NCBI GenBank assembly: GCA_050178385.1
Contig: JBFXGD010000055.1
Location: 1-20,531, forward strand
Direction of reading: 5' to 3'
Length of the DNA: 20,531 nt
Origin: Calditrichaceae bacterium
GTDB taxonomy: Bacteria; Calditrichota; Calditrichia; Calditrichales; JBFXGD01
Below the pieces are notes generated by a model, which worked only from the letters and a program-made list of their open reading frames with translations, was not told the origin of the DNA and did not search any database. How positions within the stretch are numbered: the stretch's first letter is position 1; every line of letters begins with the position of its first letter. The position numbers and the translations under genes were made by a program. Positions 7,188 to 16,056 of the stretch are shown here, piece by piece.

Positions 7188-9380
7188 ATGCTAAAAGTTA
7201 CAGACGAACAACTGATTAAAAAAATGCACACTTTATTCGATACTGAATTTGATCAGTTGTTAAATGATGTAAAACACTATGCCAATGATTTTGATGGTGA
7301 AGCCCTCAAAAAAGCATACGAATTTGGTCTTAAAGCCCATCTCAGGCAGCGGAGGTATTCCGGAGAACCCTACTTTGAACATTGTCTGAATGTGGCAAAA
7401 ATTCTGGCAGAGCTCAAGATGGATAATTCCACAATCATCTCCGGGATGCTGCATGATGTGGTTGAAGACACTGGCGTCACATTGGATCAGCTTAATGAAG
7501 AATTTGGTGAAACAGTAAGCGCCCTTGTTGACGGAGTCACTAAAATAGGCGAGCTGAAATTTCAAAGCAAAGAAGCGCAGCAAGCAGAAACATTCAGAAA
7601 AATGCTGCTGTCTATGGCGCAGGATGTTCGTGTTATCATCATTAAATTCGCTGACAGACTGCATAACATGCGAACCCTGGAATTTGTCCCGGAAAAGAAA
7701 CGCCCGCGCATTTCCATCGAAACAAGGGATGTCTATGCTCCGCTGGCGCACCGATTTGGTATTTCCAGAATAAAACTTGAATTGGAAGATCTTGCTCTCA
7801 AACATCTGGAAACGGATGTCTATAATGATCTGGTCCGGAAAATAAAGGAAAGTAAGGAACAGCGCGAACAATACATAAAAAGGGTAACCGAACCGATAGC
7901 GGGCGATCTCAAAAAAAATGGGATTGAATCCACTATTTCCGGACGCGCCAAGAGTTATTTCAGTATCTATCACAAAATGAAGAAGCGAAATCGCCCATTT
8001 GAGGAAATATATGATCTGCTCGCGATCAGAATCTTAGTCGGAAAAGTGGAAGAATGTTATTATGCCCTTGGCATCATCCATAATCTTTTCATGCCCGTTT
8101 ACGACCGCTTTAAAGACTATATCGCCATGCCCAAAATTAACGGATATCAATCGCTGCACACGACGGTCGTCGGCCCCGAAGGGAAAATGGTTGAAATCCA
8201 GATTCGAACCCAGGATATGCACCGGATGGCTGAGGATGGTATTGCCGCACACTGGAAATATAAGGAAGGCGTGAGCGGTGATACTTACTATGAGAAACAT
8301 CTAAACTGGGTACGTGAGCTTGTTGAGAGGCAGATACAGGAAGATGATCCTGGCGATTTTATGGAAAATCTTAAAATTGATTTATTTCAGGATGAACTTT
8401 TTGTTTTTTCACCAAAAGGTGATTTGTTCAAACTTCCGGCAAAATCGTCCCCGGTTGATTTTGCGTACGCGGTCCACACAAACATCGGAAATCATTGTAT
8501 CGGAGCGAAGGTTAACGGTAAAATCGTTCCCATGAAGACAGAATTGAGATCTGGTGACCAGGTGGAAATCATAACGTCACAAAATCAAAAGCCGAGTCAT
8601 GACTGGCTATCATTTGTCAAGACGACAAAGGCCAGACAATGGATTAAAAAAACTTTAAGAGAAGAGCAGCTCGCTCAAACCATCGATATCGGTGGGGAGA
8701 TCCTTGTAAAGTTTTTAAAAAAATATAAGCTTACCGAGAAAAGTCCGGAGTTTTTGGATGTTATTCAAAAACTGGGATTTCAAAATATCGAGAGTCTGAA
8801 AGTAGTTATCGGTCGTGGCGAATTCACGGTTGATAACATTGCAAAAAAAATGTTTCCCGACAAACCGCCGCTTGAAAAAGAAGATAGTTTTTTTGTCAAA
8901 TTTCTCAAACGCGCCCGGCATGAGAGCGGAATTAGAGTACAAGGTATGGATAATATGCTTATCCACTTTGGAAAATGCTGCCAGCCTGTTCCCGGAGACC
9001 GGATTATAGGATATCTGACAAGGGGCAAAGGAGTCACTATTCACCGGACTGATTGTAAAAATCTTATAAAGCTTATGGAAGAAAAAGAGAGAGTCATTGA
9101 TGTCGCCTGGGATATCGAGAAGGATCAGGAATTTCAGGTACATCTTTCAATTCTTGGTGAAGACCGCAAAAATCTGCTAAAAGATATTACCTTATGTGTA
9201 GCCAAGCAGGATACCAACATCCTGATGGCCGATTTCAGAACCGATGATATGTATGCCAAAGGACAGCTAAACATTCAGGTAAAAGATCTCCAGCATCTTA
9301 CAAAAATTATAAACAGTATCCGGAAAATTCCGGGTGTTTTTTCCGTTGAACGCGTGGACCACATCTCACAGCCAAACTGA
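7188..9380 (+). CDS. rel: Bifunctional (p)ppGpp synthetase/hydrolase Rel (RelA/SpoT family)
   Basis: HD hydrolase 'HLRQRRYSGEPY..H', 'LHDVVED', 'KFADRLHNMRT'; synthetase 'DLLAIR', 'RFKDYI', 'YQSLHT', 'EIQIRT'; TGS 'DFAYAVHT'; ZFD 'KCCQPVPGD...HRTDC'; C-terminal ACT domain. Confidence 0.96.
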   Translation: MLKVTDEQLIKKMHTLFDTEFDQLLNDVKHYANDFDGEALKKAYEFGLKAHLRQRRYSGEPYFEHCLNVAKILAELKMDNSTIISGMLHDVVEDTGVTLDQLNEEFGETVSALVDGVTKIGELKFQSKEAQQAETFRKMLLSMAQDVRVIIIKFADRLHNMRTLEFVPEKKRPRISIETRDVYAPLAHRFGISRIKLELEDLALKHLETDVYNDLVRKIKESKEQREQYIKRVTEPIAGDLKKNGIESTISGRAKSYFSIYHKMKKRNRPFEEIYDLLAIRILVGKVEECYYALGIIHNLFMPVYDRFKDYIAMPKINGYQSLHTTVVGPEGKMVEIQIRTQDMHRMAEDGIAAHWKYKEGVSGDTYYEKHLNWVRELVERQIQEDDPGDFMENLKIDLFQDELFVFSPKGDLFKLPAKSSPVDFAYAVHTNIGNHCIGAKVNGKIVPMKTELRSGDQVEIITSQNQKPSHDWLSFVKTTKARQWIKKTLREEQLAQTIDIGGEILVKFLKKYKLTEKSPEFLDVIQKLGFQNIESLKVVIGRGEFTVDNIAKKMFPDKPPLEKEDSFFVKFLKRARHESGIRVQGMDNMLIHFGKCCQPVPGDRIIGYLTRGKGVTIHRTDCKNLIKLMEEKERVIDVAWDIEKDQEFQVHLSILGEDRKNLLKDITLCVAKQDTNILMADFRTDDMYAKGQLNIQVKDLQHLTKIINSIRKIPGVFSVERVDHISQPN

Positions 9381-9395
9381 TTTGGCCAATACGAC

Positions 9396-9424
9396 TTGAA
9401 AAAACAACTGATTCTTTTTAGCTT
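9396..9424 (+). promoter_or_regulatory. Putative sigma70 promoter for greA
   Basis: TTGAAA(9396-9401)-N17-TAGCTT(9419-9424). Confidence 0.45.
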
Positions 9425-9466
9425 AATAACATATAACATGGAATAGAAAAGTAGAAAGGGAATAAT

Positions 9467-9937
9467 TTGGAATATGTATATTTAACAGCTGAAGGACTAA
9501 ATAATTTAAAGAATGACCTACACAAATTAAAATACAATACACGTCCGGCTATTTCTCAAAAAGTCGCGACCGCTCGCGAGCATGGTGATCTTCGCGAAAA
9601 CGCCGAATATCATGCCGCCCGTGAAGAATTATCGCTTGTCGAGACAAAAATACAACAGCTGCAGGATCGGCTGGCAAGAGCAAGAATTATAGATGAGAAA
9701 GAAATCACCACCGACCAGGTTTCAATTTTGACATCTGTAAAGGTGCTGGATTTAAAAAATAACAAAGAATATAATTATACACTTGTATCATCCGAAGAAG
9801 CAGATATTAAACAAGACAAAATTTCGATTACATCTCCGGTTGGAAAAGGTTTGCTTGGCAAAAAAATTGACGAGATAGCAGAAATAAATGTACCGGCGGG
9901 AACTTTGAGGTACAAAATATTGTCGATAACTCGATAA
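9467..9937 (+). CDS. greA: Transcription elongation factor GreA
   Basis: 'AREHGDLRENAEYHAARE', 'ISITSPVGKGLLG', 'VPAG'. TTG start with AAGGGA RBS. Confidence 0.96.
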   Translation: MEYVYLTAEGLNNLKNDLHKLKYNTRPAISQKVATAREHGDLRENAEYHAAREELSLVETKIQQLQDRLARARIIDEKEITTDQVSILTSVKVLDLKNNKEYNYTLVSSEEADIKQDKISITSPVGKGLLGKKIDEIAEINVPAGTLRYKILSITR

Positions 9938-9938
9938 A

Positions 9939-9966
9939 TGCAACAATTATAGCAAAATTTCGTCTA
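9939..9966 (+). promoter_or_regulatory. ECF sigma-factor promoter (SigW/SigM/SigE-like)
   Basis: TGCAAC(9939-9944)-N16-CGTCTA(9961-9966), matching the AAC-N16/17-CGT consensus of envelope-stress ECF sigmas. Directly upstream of the PspC/LiaF-like genes. Confidence 0.7.
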
Positions 9967-9998
9967 TCTATCTAAATATGAATAATCCGGGAGGAATT

Positions 9999-10706
9999 AT
10001 GCCTGACGAAACGGGCAAAACCAATGAGGAAACATCAATAAAAAAGTTGTTTCGTTCAAGAAAAGACAGAATGCTCGTTGGGGTATGCGGTGGAATTGCC
10101 GAGTATTTAAACGTGGAACCCGTTCTTGTGCGGTTCGCATGGGTAGTTATGACGCTCTTTGCCGGTATTGGTATCCTGGTTTATATTGCGGGAGCCATCA
10201 TAGTCCCTGAAAATCCTGATCAGGAATATTCTGAGAAAGAATTGAATAAAAATAAAAATGATAAGGCTCTTTTGTGGGGAAGTATTCTGGTTCTCCTGGG
10301 TATTGGTTTATTGTTAAAACAACTGGGCTTCTTTTATTATATCAGTTTTTGGCATGTGCCATGGCAAATGATCTGGGCCATTTTCCTGATCGTAATCGGT
10401 ATATTTCTCCTTTACAACCGTAACCCGCTGACAAGGGTAATGCAGAATGCCAGGCCGGCCGCCGGACCGGAAGACGAGGATGGTTCTCCTCCGGAGGAAA
10501 ATCATACACGGCAGTTTTTCAGATCCACATCAAATAAAATGATCAGCGGAGTCTGTGGAGGTTTGGCCGAATATTTTGCCATAGACCCAACTATTATAAG
10601 ACTGGCCTGGGTCCTGATGACACTGGCTTCAGTTGGTGTCGGTATTTTAGCGTACATTGTTATGGTGATTGTATTTCCCGAAATGCCTGAACAGAAAAGT
10701 ATCTAG
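9999..10706 (+). CDS. Membrane protein with two PspC domains flanking a LiaF/LiaI-type (DUF5668-like) TM segment
   Basis: Two copies of the PspC motif: 'LFRSRKDRMLVGVCGGIAEYL...VRFAW...YI...IVPE' and 'FFRSTSNKMISGVCGGLAEYF...IRLAW...YI...VFPE'. Central 'WGSILVLLGIGLLLKQLG...WAIFLIVIGIFLL'. ATG 9999 follows GGAGG; the ORF track start is 9978. Confidence 0.85.
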   Translation: MPDETGKTNEETSIKKLFRSRKDRMLVGVCGGIAEYLNVEPVLVRFAWVVMTLFAGIGILVYIAGAIIVPENPDQEYSEKELNKNKNDKALLWGSILVLLGIGLLLKQLGFFYYISFWHVPWQMIWAIFLIVIGIFLLYNRNPLTRVMQNARPAAGPEDEDGSPPEENHTRQFFRSTSNKMISGVCGGLAEYFAIDPTIIRLAWVLMTLASVGVGILAYIVMVIVFPEMPEQKSI

Positions 10707-10729
10707 TCTATATCAGATTGGAGTATCCA

Positions 10730-11233
10730 ATGAAAAAGTCAAATATTTCCGCCTGGCTGCTTATCCTAATCGGAGTAATTCTCCTGTTTAACCAGCTTGA
10801 CTATATAAAATTCTCAAGAGGAAATTTTCTGATTATGGCCTGCTTTTTCTTAGGCGCCGTGCTGCTGAATAAGGGATTCAATAATTCTGAACGTAAGGGT
10901 ATTCTTGGTGGAAGCTTTTTTATCCTTGAGGGATCGGCTCTTTTATTAATGCATATGGGATATTTGCCGACGATCGATTCAATTGGCTGGGGAGTGTTTT
11001 TTATAAATATTGGACTGGCTAATATGGTTTATTATCTTTTTAAACGGACCCATTTTTCAAATTTGGCAACCGGTTTGATTTTTATTTTGATCGGTGTTCC
11101 GTTTGTCGCGGCAGCGTACGATTTGATCAGAATTTGGATGATCGCTGATGTATTATCTGTTTACTGGCCGGTTATTTTAATCCTTATTGGCGCGGGTTTG
11201 TTGATTGAGGGGATGGTAAAAAGAGTTCATTAA
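10730..11233 (+). CDS. LiaF/LiaI-like (DUF5668-like) polytopic membrane protein
   Basis: About 6 hydrophobic helices. Repeated 'LILIGxxLL' and 'WPVILILIG' motifs. ATG 10730 follows GGAG; the track start is TTG 10718. Confidence 0.65.
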   Translation: MKKSNISAWLLILIGVILLFNQLDYIKFSRGNFLIMACFFLGAVLLNKGFNNSERKGILGGSFFILEGSALLLMHMGYLPTIDSIGWGVFFINIGLANMVYYLFKRTHFSNLATGLIFILIGVPFVAAAYDLIRIWMIADVLSVYWPVILILIGAGLLIEGMVKRVH

Positions 11234-11342
11234 TCATGATTCCCTGTAAATAAGTCCGATACAAACTGAGTCAACCTTCTGTGCTCCATAAATATTTTTA
11301 AATTATTACTGAAGATTCGAATCTTAATGGCATTGGATCAAG

Positions 11343-12599
11343 ATGTATATAGTAAAAGGGGATATAGCCCTCCCGGGCGATAAATCCATTTCTCATCGCG
11401 CCGCATTATTTTCTGCTCTAAATCATCGAAAATCAATGTTTAATAACTTTAACTTGAACAAAGATTGCGCCGCCACACTTGATATTCTGAGAAAAGCGGG
11501 CATTGATTGGGAATTATCCGGCTCCCGTCTGATCATCAAAGGTAAACCGCTGGATGATTGGAAGATGGCTGATAATATACTCGACGCCAGGAACTCAGGA
11601 ACAACGGCCAGGCTGATGAGCGGCATTCTGTCAAATCTGGATTTTTCTACCATATTACAGGGTGACGACTCTTTGAGCAAACGCCCCATGAAGCGCGTTT
11701 TAGATCCTTTAGCGATGATGGGCGCCAAAATATCATCCGAGAATGGGCATCTTCCTTTAAAATTTTCACCCGGCGGGAAGCTACACGGAATCACTTACCG
11801 TTTACCGGTTGCCAGCGCGCAGGTAAAATCCGCGCTGCTTCTTGCCGGAATGTATGCCGATGGTGAAACAAATATTATTGAACCTGTCCGAACCAGAGAT
11901 CATACCGAAAGATTGATGAGGCTTCCTGTAAAACGGAATCCTGACGGGAGCCAGACGATAACCAGTTCCGGGGAAATAAAGATCCCGGATATTTCAATGA
12001 CAATTCCCGGGGATATTTCATCCGCGTCATTTTTTATCGCGGCGGCATTAATACTGCCCGGATCGGAGCTTATTCTCCGTGATGTTTCGCTTAATCCGAC
12101 CCGGGACGGAATATTGCGACATCTGAAAAAAATGAACGCTAAAATCGATATAGATATCAAAGTAGAAGATCCTGAGCCTATGGGAGATCTGACCGTAAGA
12201 TATTCGGAATTACATAATGCTCCGATCGATATTGATATAATACCGAATATAATTGATGAACTCCCCATCCTGGCCGTAATCGGCTCACAAGCTGATGGGA
12301 TTTTTGAAATACGAGGTGCCGAAGAATTGCGGTACAAGGAATCTGACAGGATTAGGGTCATGGCGGAAAATCTGGAGTCTGTCGGCATTAAAGTGCTTGA
12401 AAAACAGGATGGTATGACAATCTCCGGCGGACAAGTCTTAAAGGGCGGCAGTGTTAAAACTCATGGTGACCATAGAATCGCCATGTCCTTTGCCATTGCC
12501 GGTTTATTCTCAAAAGAAAAAATTGTCCTTGATGATCCATCATCCGCGGATGTCTCTTTTCCTCAGTTCTGGTCTATTTTGGACGGGATCATCACATAA
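11343..12599 (+). CDS. aroA: 3-phosphoshikimate 1-carboxyvinyltransferase (EPSP synthase, class II-type motifs)
   Basis: 'PGDKSISHRA', 'NSGTTARL', 'SLSKRPM', 'SAQVKSA', 'RDHTER', 'PGDISSA', 'NPTR', 'ELRYKESDRI', 'DHRIAM', 'SFPQF'. Confidence 0.96.
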   Translation: MYIVKGDIALPGDKSISHRAALFSALNHRKSMFNNFNLNKDCAATLDILRKAGIDWELSGSRLIIKGKPLDDWKMADNILDARNSGTTARLMSGILSNLDFSTILQGDDSLSKRPMKRVLDPLAMMGAKISSENGHLPLKFSPGGKLHGITYRLPVASAQVKSALLLAGMYADGETNIIEPVRTRDHTERLMRLPVKRNPDGSQTITSSGEIKIPDISMTIPGDISSASFFIAAALILPGSELILRDVSLNPTRDGILRHLKKMNAKIDIDIKVEDPEPMGDLTVRYSELHNAPIDIDIIPNIIDELPILAVIGSQADGIFEIRGAEELRYKESDRIRVMAENLESVGIKVLEKQDGMTISGGQVLKGGSVKTHGDHRIAMSFAIAGLFSKEKIVLDDPSSADVSFPQFWSILDGIIT

Positions 12600-12631
12600 A
12601 CTTTAATTTCATCTAATTAGGATGATTATAG

Positions 12632-13465
12632 ATGCGGCAATACGGTATAATAGGCTATCCACTCGATCATACATTCTCACCCAAAATTCATCTTGCAGCG
12701 TATCGGCTCTTAAAAATGGACGCAGAGTATAAAAAAATTGAGATAGAACCATCTCAGTTTGTCAGAAAAATTAAAGCTTTAAAATCAGGAAGCTGGTCCG
12801 GGTTTAATGTAACGATCCCATATAAAGAAAAAATCACAGAATATCTTGATGAATTGGATCCCACTGCGGAAATGATTGGCGCTGTTAATACAATCGCTGT
12901 AAATCCAACAAACGGTAGATGGAAAGGGTACAATACTGATTATAATGGCTTTTTAAAGCCGATACGTGCCTTCCTGGCGGAGATCAGGTCCTGTCTGATA
13001 TTTGGAGCAGGAGGGGCATCAAGAGCCGTAGTATCCAGTTTACTAAACGAGTGCGACCCGATTCATGTTGTTATTGTAAACCGCACGGAATCGAAAGCGA
13101 CAAACCTGGTGAGCCATCTTCAGAATTTAAGCGCGGCCAGGATAGAATTCATGAAATATAACGAAACAGAACAAATCCGGAACAAGATGGATATCATCGT
13201 AAATACCACCAGTTTGGGAATGGGAGAAGCAATAGATAAATACCCTGCCGATCCTGTAAAATTTTGTCATGACCGGACAGTGGTTTATGATCTCATTTAT
13301 AATCCCGAAGAATCACGTTTTCTGAAAATGGCCAGAGAAGCGGAAATGTTTACTATAAACGGTTTACCCATGCTTATCGGACAGGCAGAAGCCGGTTTTG
13401 AAATAATGACCGGAAATCCTTTTCCCGAAATTCTGGCCGCGAGACTGATGCAGGAATTAAAGTGA
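12632..13465 (+). CDS. aroE: Shikimate dehydrogenase
   Basis: 'IGYPLDHTFSP', 'GFNVTIPYKE', 'GAVNT', 'NTDYNG', 'GAGGASRA', 'NRT', 'NTTSLGM', 'YDLIYNP', 'GLPMLIGQA'. Confidence 0.95.
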   Translation: MRQYGIIGYPLDHTFSPKIHLAAYRLLKMDAEYKKIEIEPSQFVRKIKALKSGSWSGFNVTIPYKEKITEYLDELDPTAEMIGAVNTIAVNPTNGRWKGYNTDYNGFLKPIRAFLAEIRSCLIFGAGGASRAVVSSLLNECDPIHVVIVNRTESKATNLVSHLQNLSAARIEFMKYNETEQIRNKMDIIVNTTSLGMGEAIDKYPADPVKFCHDRTVVYDLIYNPEESRFLKMAREAEMFTINGLPMLIGQAEAGFEIMTGNPFPEILAARLMQELK

Positions 13466-13477
13466 TTTATTGAAGAC

Positions 13478-15922
13478 TCAATCTACAGATGACTCATCAC
13501 TTTTATCGTCTCTTTTCGATGAACTGCCAAGACTCTTCCTGAATTTATGGGATATCTGGGCAAATTCCCTCAATCGTTCCTGAACTTTGGCAAATATGGA
13601 ATCACGCGTGTAAGTGCCGTCTTTATGTAAAATACCGCAGTTTTTTCCGGTCAATATCCGCATTCCGTCTTCTATATTATCCACGGCCCATATAGTAAAT
13701 TTTTTGTTTTTCACCGCCTGAACGACTTCCTGATTCAACAACAAATGCTTGATGTTTGATTTTGGAATAATTACGCCCTGATCACCCTTCAGCCCCCGGG
13801 CTTTACACACCTGGAAGTACCCTTCAATTTTCTCATTCACACCGCCGATGGCCTGAACTTCACCCTTTTGGTTGACCGATCCGGTAACAGCGATACCCTG
13901 ATTAACAGGGATCTCCGAGAGTGAAGAGAGCAAGCCGTATAATTCTGTAGATGACGCGCTGTCTCCGTCGATCATTCCGTAACTTTGTTCAAAAGTGATG
14001 GAAGCTGAAAACGAGAGGGGCATTGTTGAACCAAACCGCTGCGAAAAATATCCTGTCAGCACAAGAATGCCTTTGTCATGGATGCGGCCGCTCATCTTGG
14101 CTTCACGTTCAATATTAATAATCCCTCTTGATCCGATGTATGTGTTTATTGTAATCCTGTTTGGTCGGCCGAATGAATAATCACCAAGATTATATACAGC
14201 CAGACCGTTGATTTGTCCGATCTTAAAGCCACTGACATCAACATTGATTGTATTTTCAATAATGGATTCATGGATTTTTTCTTCCACCAGATTATGGCGG
14301 TATCGTCTGTCACTGATTGCATATTCAACATCTCTTCGTGAAACGGGATGATGTCTTTTCTTTGCCGCCCAAAATGATGCTTCACGTATCAATTTTACAA
14401 GTTCACCGAATTGTAAGGACACTTTTTTTTGATGTTCAGCGCTGCGGAAACCATATTCAATGATAGCAGCGACTCCTTCTCTGTCAAAGGGGAGCAAATT
14501 CTCTTCAATGACCACTCTGGATATAAACTGTACATATTTTTTTTCAATAGACGGAGAGGCGTTTACTTCGGTGTCAAAGTCCGCGCGAACTTTGAAAATC
14601 TTTTTAAACTCTTCATCATAATTATGCAGCATATGATAACTGGAGACATTGCCGATCAAAACTACCTTTACTTCCAGCGGAAACGACTGTGGTTTAAGAG
14701 TAGTCGCGCTAAGATAGCCATATAATTCGCTAATATCTTCTATGCGTCCGCTCCTTGTTCTCAATGCGCGCTTCAGAGCATCATATGCAAACGACTGTCT
14801 CAACAGCTGATCGGCATCGATAATATAAAATCCACCGTTTGCTGCCAGCAGTGAACCGGCCTTGATCATCGTAAAGTCGGTATATACAAATCCCTGAAAT
14901 GATTTTTTCTCAATCCTGCCGAACATATTGTTATATGTTGGATTTGTCTCATGTATCACAGGAGCTCCCTTTTGTTTGGAATTATCGATAAGAACGTTCA
15001 CTTTATACTTGTTCATAAGGGACGGGGATTTATCAAGTTCGTTTTTTGGGGATTCTTCGTCGCTTTTAACATCAATTAAATTGTAGACGTTATTGATAAT
15101 ATCTTCGGCGGCTTTATGGAGGTATTCAATTATTTCAGCACACTCATGATATTTTTCCAACAGGGGAGTGAAGTGATTATTTACGACAAATTGGGCAACT
15201 TTAGAAGTTAATCCCTCTACCTCATCTTGTAAAGAGCGTTCGATAGATCCAATCTGCCGCAAAACATCCTGAATTCTCTTTTGTATATAAATTAAATTCT
15301 GATTTATTTGCTCTTTTTTGGGGTCAGGTAATGCCTGAAATTCAGGTTTTTCAATGGCTTCACCCTTATCATTCACCGGAATAGTCACAAAACCCATGCT
15401 CGAACTTTGAATTTGCACTTTTAGCGAACTGGCCTCTTTTTCAAGAGTATCCAGTAGATCCTGTTTTTGCGATTGAACATTTTCAACGATCTCATTTTTC
15501 TTTTCAAGATAAGATTTCGATTCAAAAGTCTTTTTTAGATCTATTTTAAGGCTGTTTATCAGTCTTTGCATATCCTGCTGGAACTTTGATGCCCTGCCTG
15601 CGGGTAAACTGAGAGCGGCCGGCTCATCCTCATTCTCAAAATTATAGACAAAAATCAGGTCGGGCGGGGCAGGGCGTTTTTTAGCGGCTTTAAGAAGCAG
15701 ATCTTTCACGATCGTTGATCGGCCTGTTCCATAACTTCCGGTGACAAAGACGTTGTAACCGGCATCACCAATCTCGATAGCAAAATTTATTGAAGATACC
15801 GCGCGTTCCTGTCCGATGACAGAATTCAATGCGTCAATATCGTCGGTTGTCTGAAATTTAATCTTGTCCAGGTTTGCTTTTTTTGTCAATTTTTCCAGCG
15901 GGACTTCACATTTCTTATGCAT
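13478..15922 (-). CDS. Lon-like (LonC-type, S16) protease with AAA-like module and coiled-coil insertion
   Basis: 'IGQERA', variant Walker A 'GSYGTGRS', 'ETNPTYNNMFGRIE', 'IKAGSLLAANGG', 'GQINGL', 'IEREAKMSGRIHDKG', catalytic Ser 'FEQSY..IDGDSAS', 'TGSVNQKG', catalytic Lys 'IGGVNEKIEG'. GAGG RBS. Confidence 0.92.
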   Translation of the reverse strand: MHKKCEVPLEKLTKKANLDKIKFQTTDDIDALNSVIGQERAVSSINFAIEIGDAGYNVFVTGSYGTGRSTIVKDLLLKAAKKRPAPPDLIFVYNFENEDEPAALSLPAGRASKFQQDMQRLINSLKIDLKKTFESKSYLEKKNEIVENVQSQKQDLLDTLEKEASSLKVQIQSSSMGFVTIPVNDKGEAIEKPEFQALPDPKKEQINQNLIYIQKRIQDVLRQIGSIERSLQDEVEGLTSKVAQFVVNNHFTPLLEKYHECAEIIEYLHKAAEDIINNVYNLIDVKSDEESPKNELDKSPSLMNKYKVNVLIDNSKQKGAPVIHETNPTYNNMFGRIEKKSFQGFVYTDFTMIKAGSLLAANGGFYIIDADQLLRQSFAYDALKRALRTRSGRIEDISELYGYLSATTLKPQSFPLEVKVVLIGNVSSYHMLHNYDEEFKKIFKVRADFDTEVNASPSIEKKYVQFISRVVIEENLLPFDREGVAAIIEYGFRSAEHQKKVSLQFGELVKLIREASFWAAKKRHHPVSRRDVEYAISDRRYRHNLVEEKIHESIIENTINVDVSGFKIGQINGLAVYNLGDYSFGRPNRITINTYIGSRGIINIEREAKMSGRIHDKGILVLTGYFSQRFGSTMPLSFSASITFEQSYGMIDGDSASSTELYGLLSSLSEIPVNQGIAVTGSVNQKGEVQAIGGVNEKIEGYFQVCKARGLKGDQGVIIPKSNIKHLLLNQEVVQAVKNKKFTIWAVDNIEDGMRILTGKNCGILHKDGTYTRDSIFAKVQERLREFAQISHKFRKSLGSSSKRDDKSDESSVD

Positions 15923-15969
15923 AATAACCTCGGCAATGATTGAAGATGATAGACAATTGAAGGCAGGTT

Positions 15970-15998
15970 AAATTACTAATCTGTAAATTAAGATTCAA
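15970..15998 (-). promoter_or_regulatory. Putative sigma70 promoter for the Lon-like gene
   Basis: Minus strand TTGAAT(15998-15993)-N17-TAATTT(15975-15970). Confidence 0.4.
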
Positions 15999-16014
15999 TC
16001 ATTTTCATAAAAGT

Positions 16015-16043
16015 TTGCTTTTTGGGAGAAATTTTAATATTCT
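16015..16043 (+). promoter_or_regulatory. Putative sigma70 promoter for tRNA-Sec
   Basis: TTGCTT(16015-16020)-N17-TATTCT(16038-16043), ending 13 nt before the tRNA. Confidence 0.55.
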
Positions 16044-16056
16044 TTCTCCCATTCAT

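Noticed and set aside
9371..9400. Sec read-through at the rel TGA stop (hairpin GCCAAA-CTGA-TTTGGC); also considered for the aroE and Lon-like TGA stops
   Set aside because: All three proteins are already full length. The rel hairpin encloses the stop rather than lying downstream as a bacterial SECIS would, and no Cys-equivalent position exists.
11327..11383. Short overlapping ORF MALDQDVYSKRGYSPPGR as an aroA leader peptide or sign of a frameshift
   Set aside because: No RBS, no run of aromatic codons and no attenuator. AroA from 11343 already has all conserved motifs.
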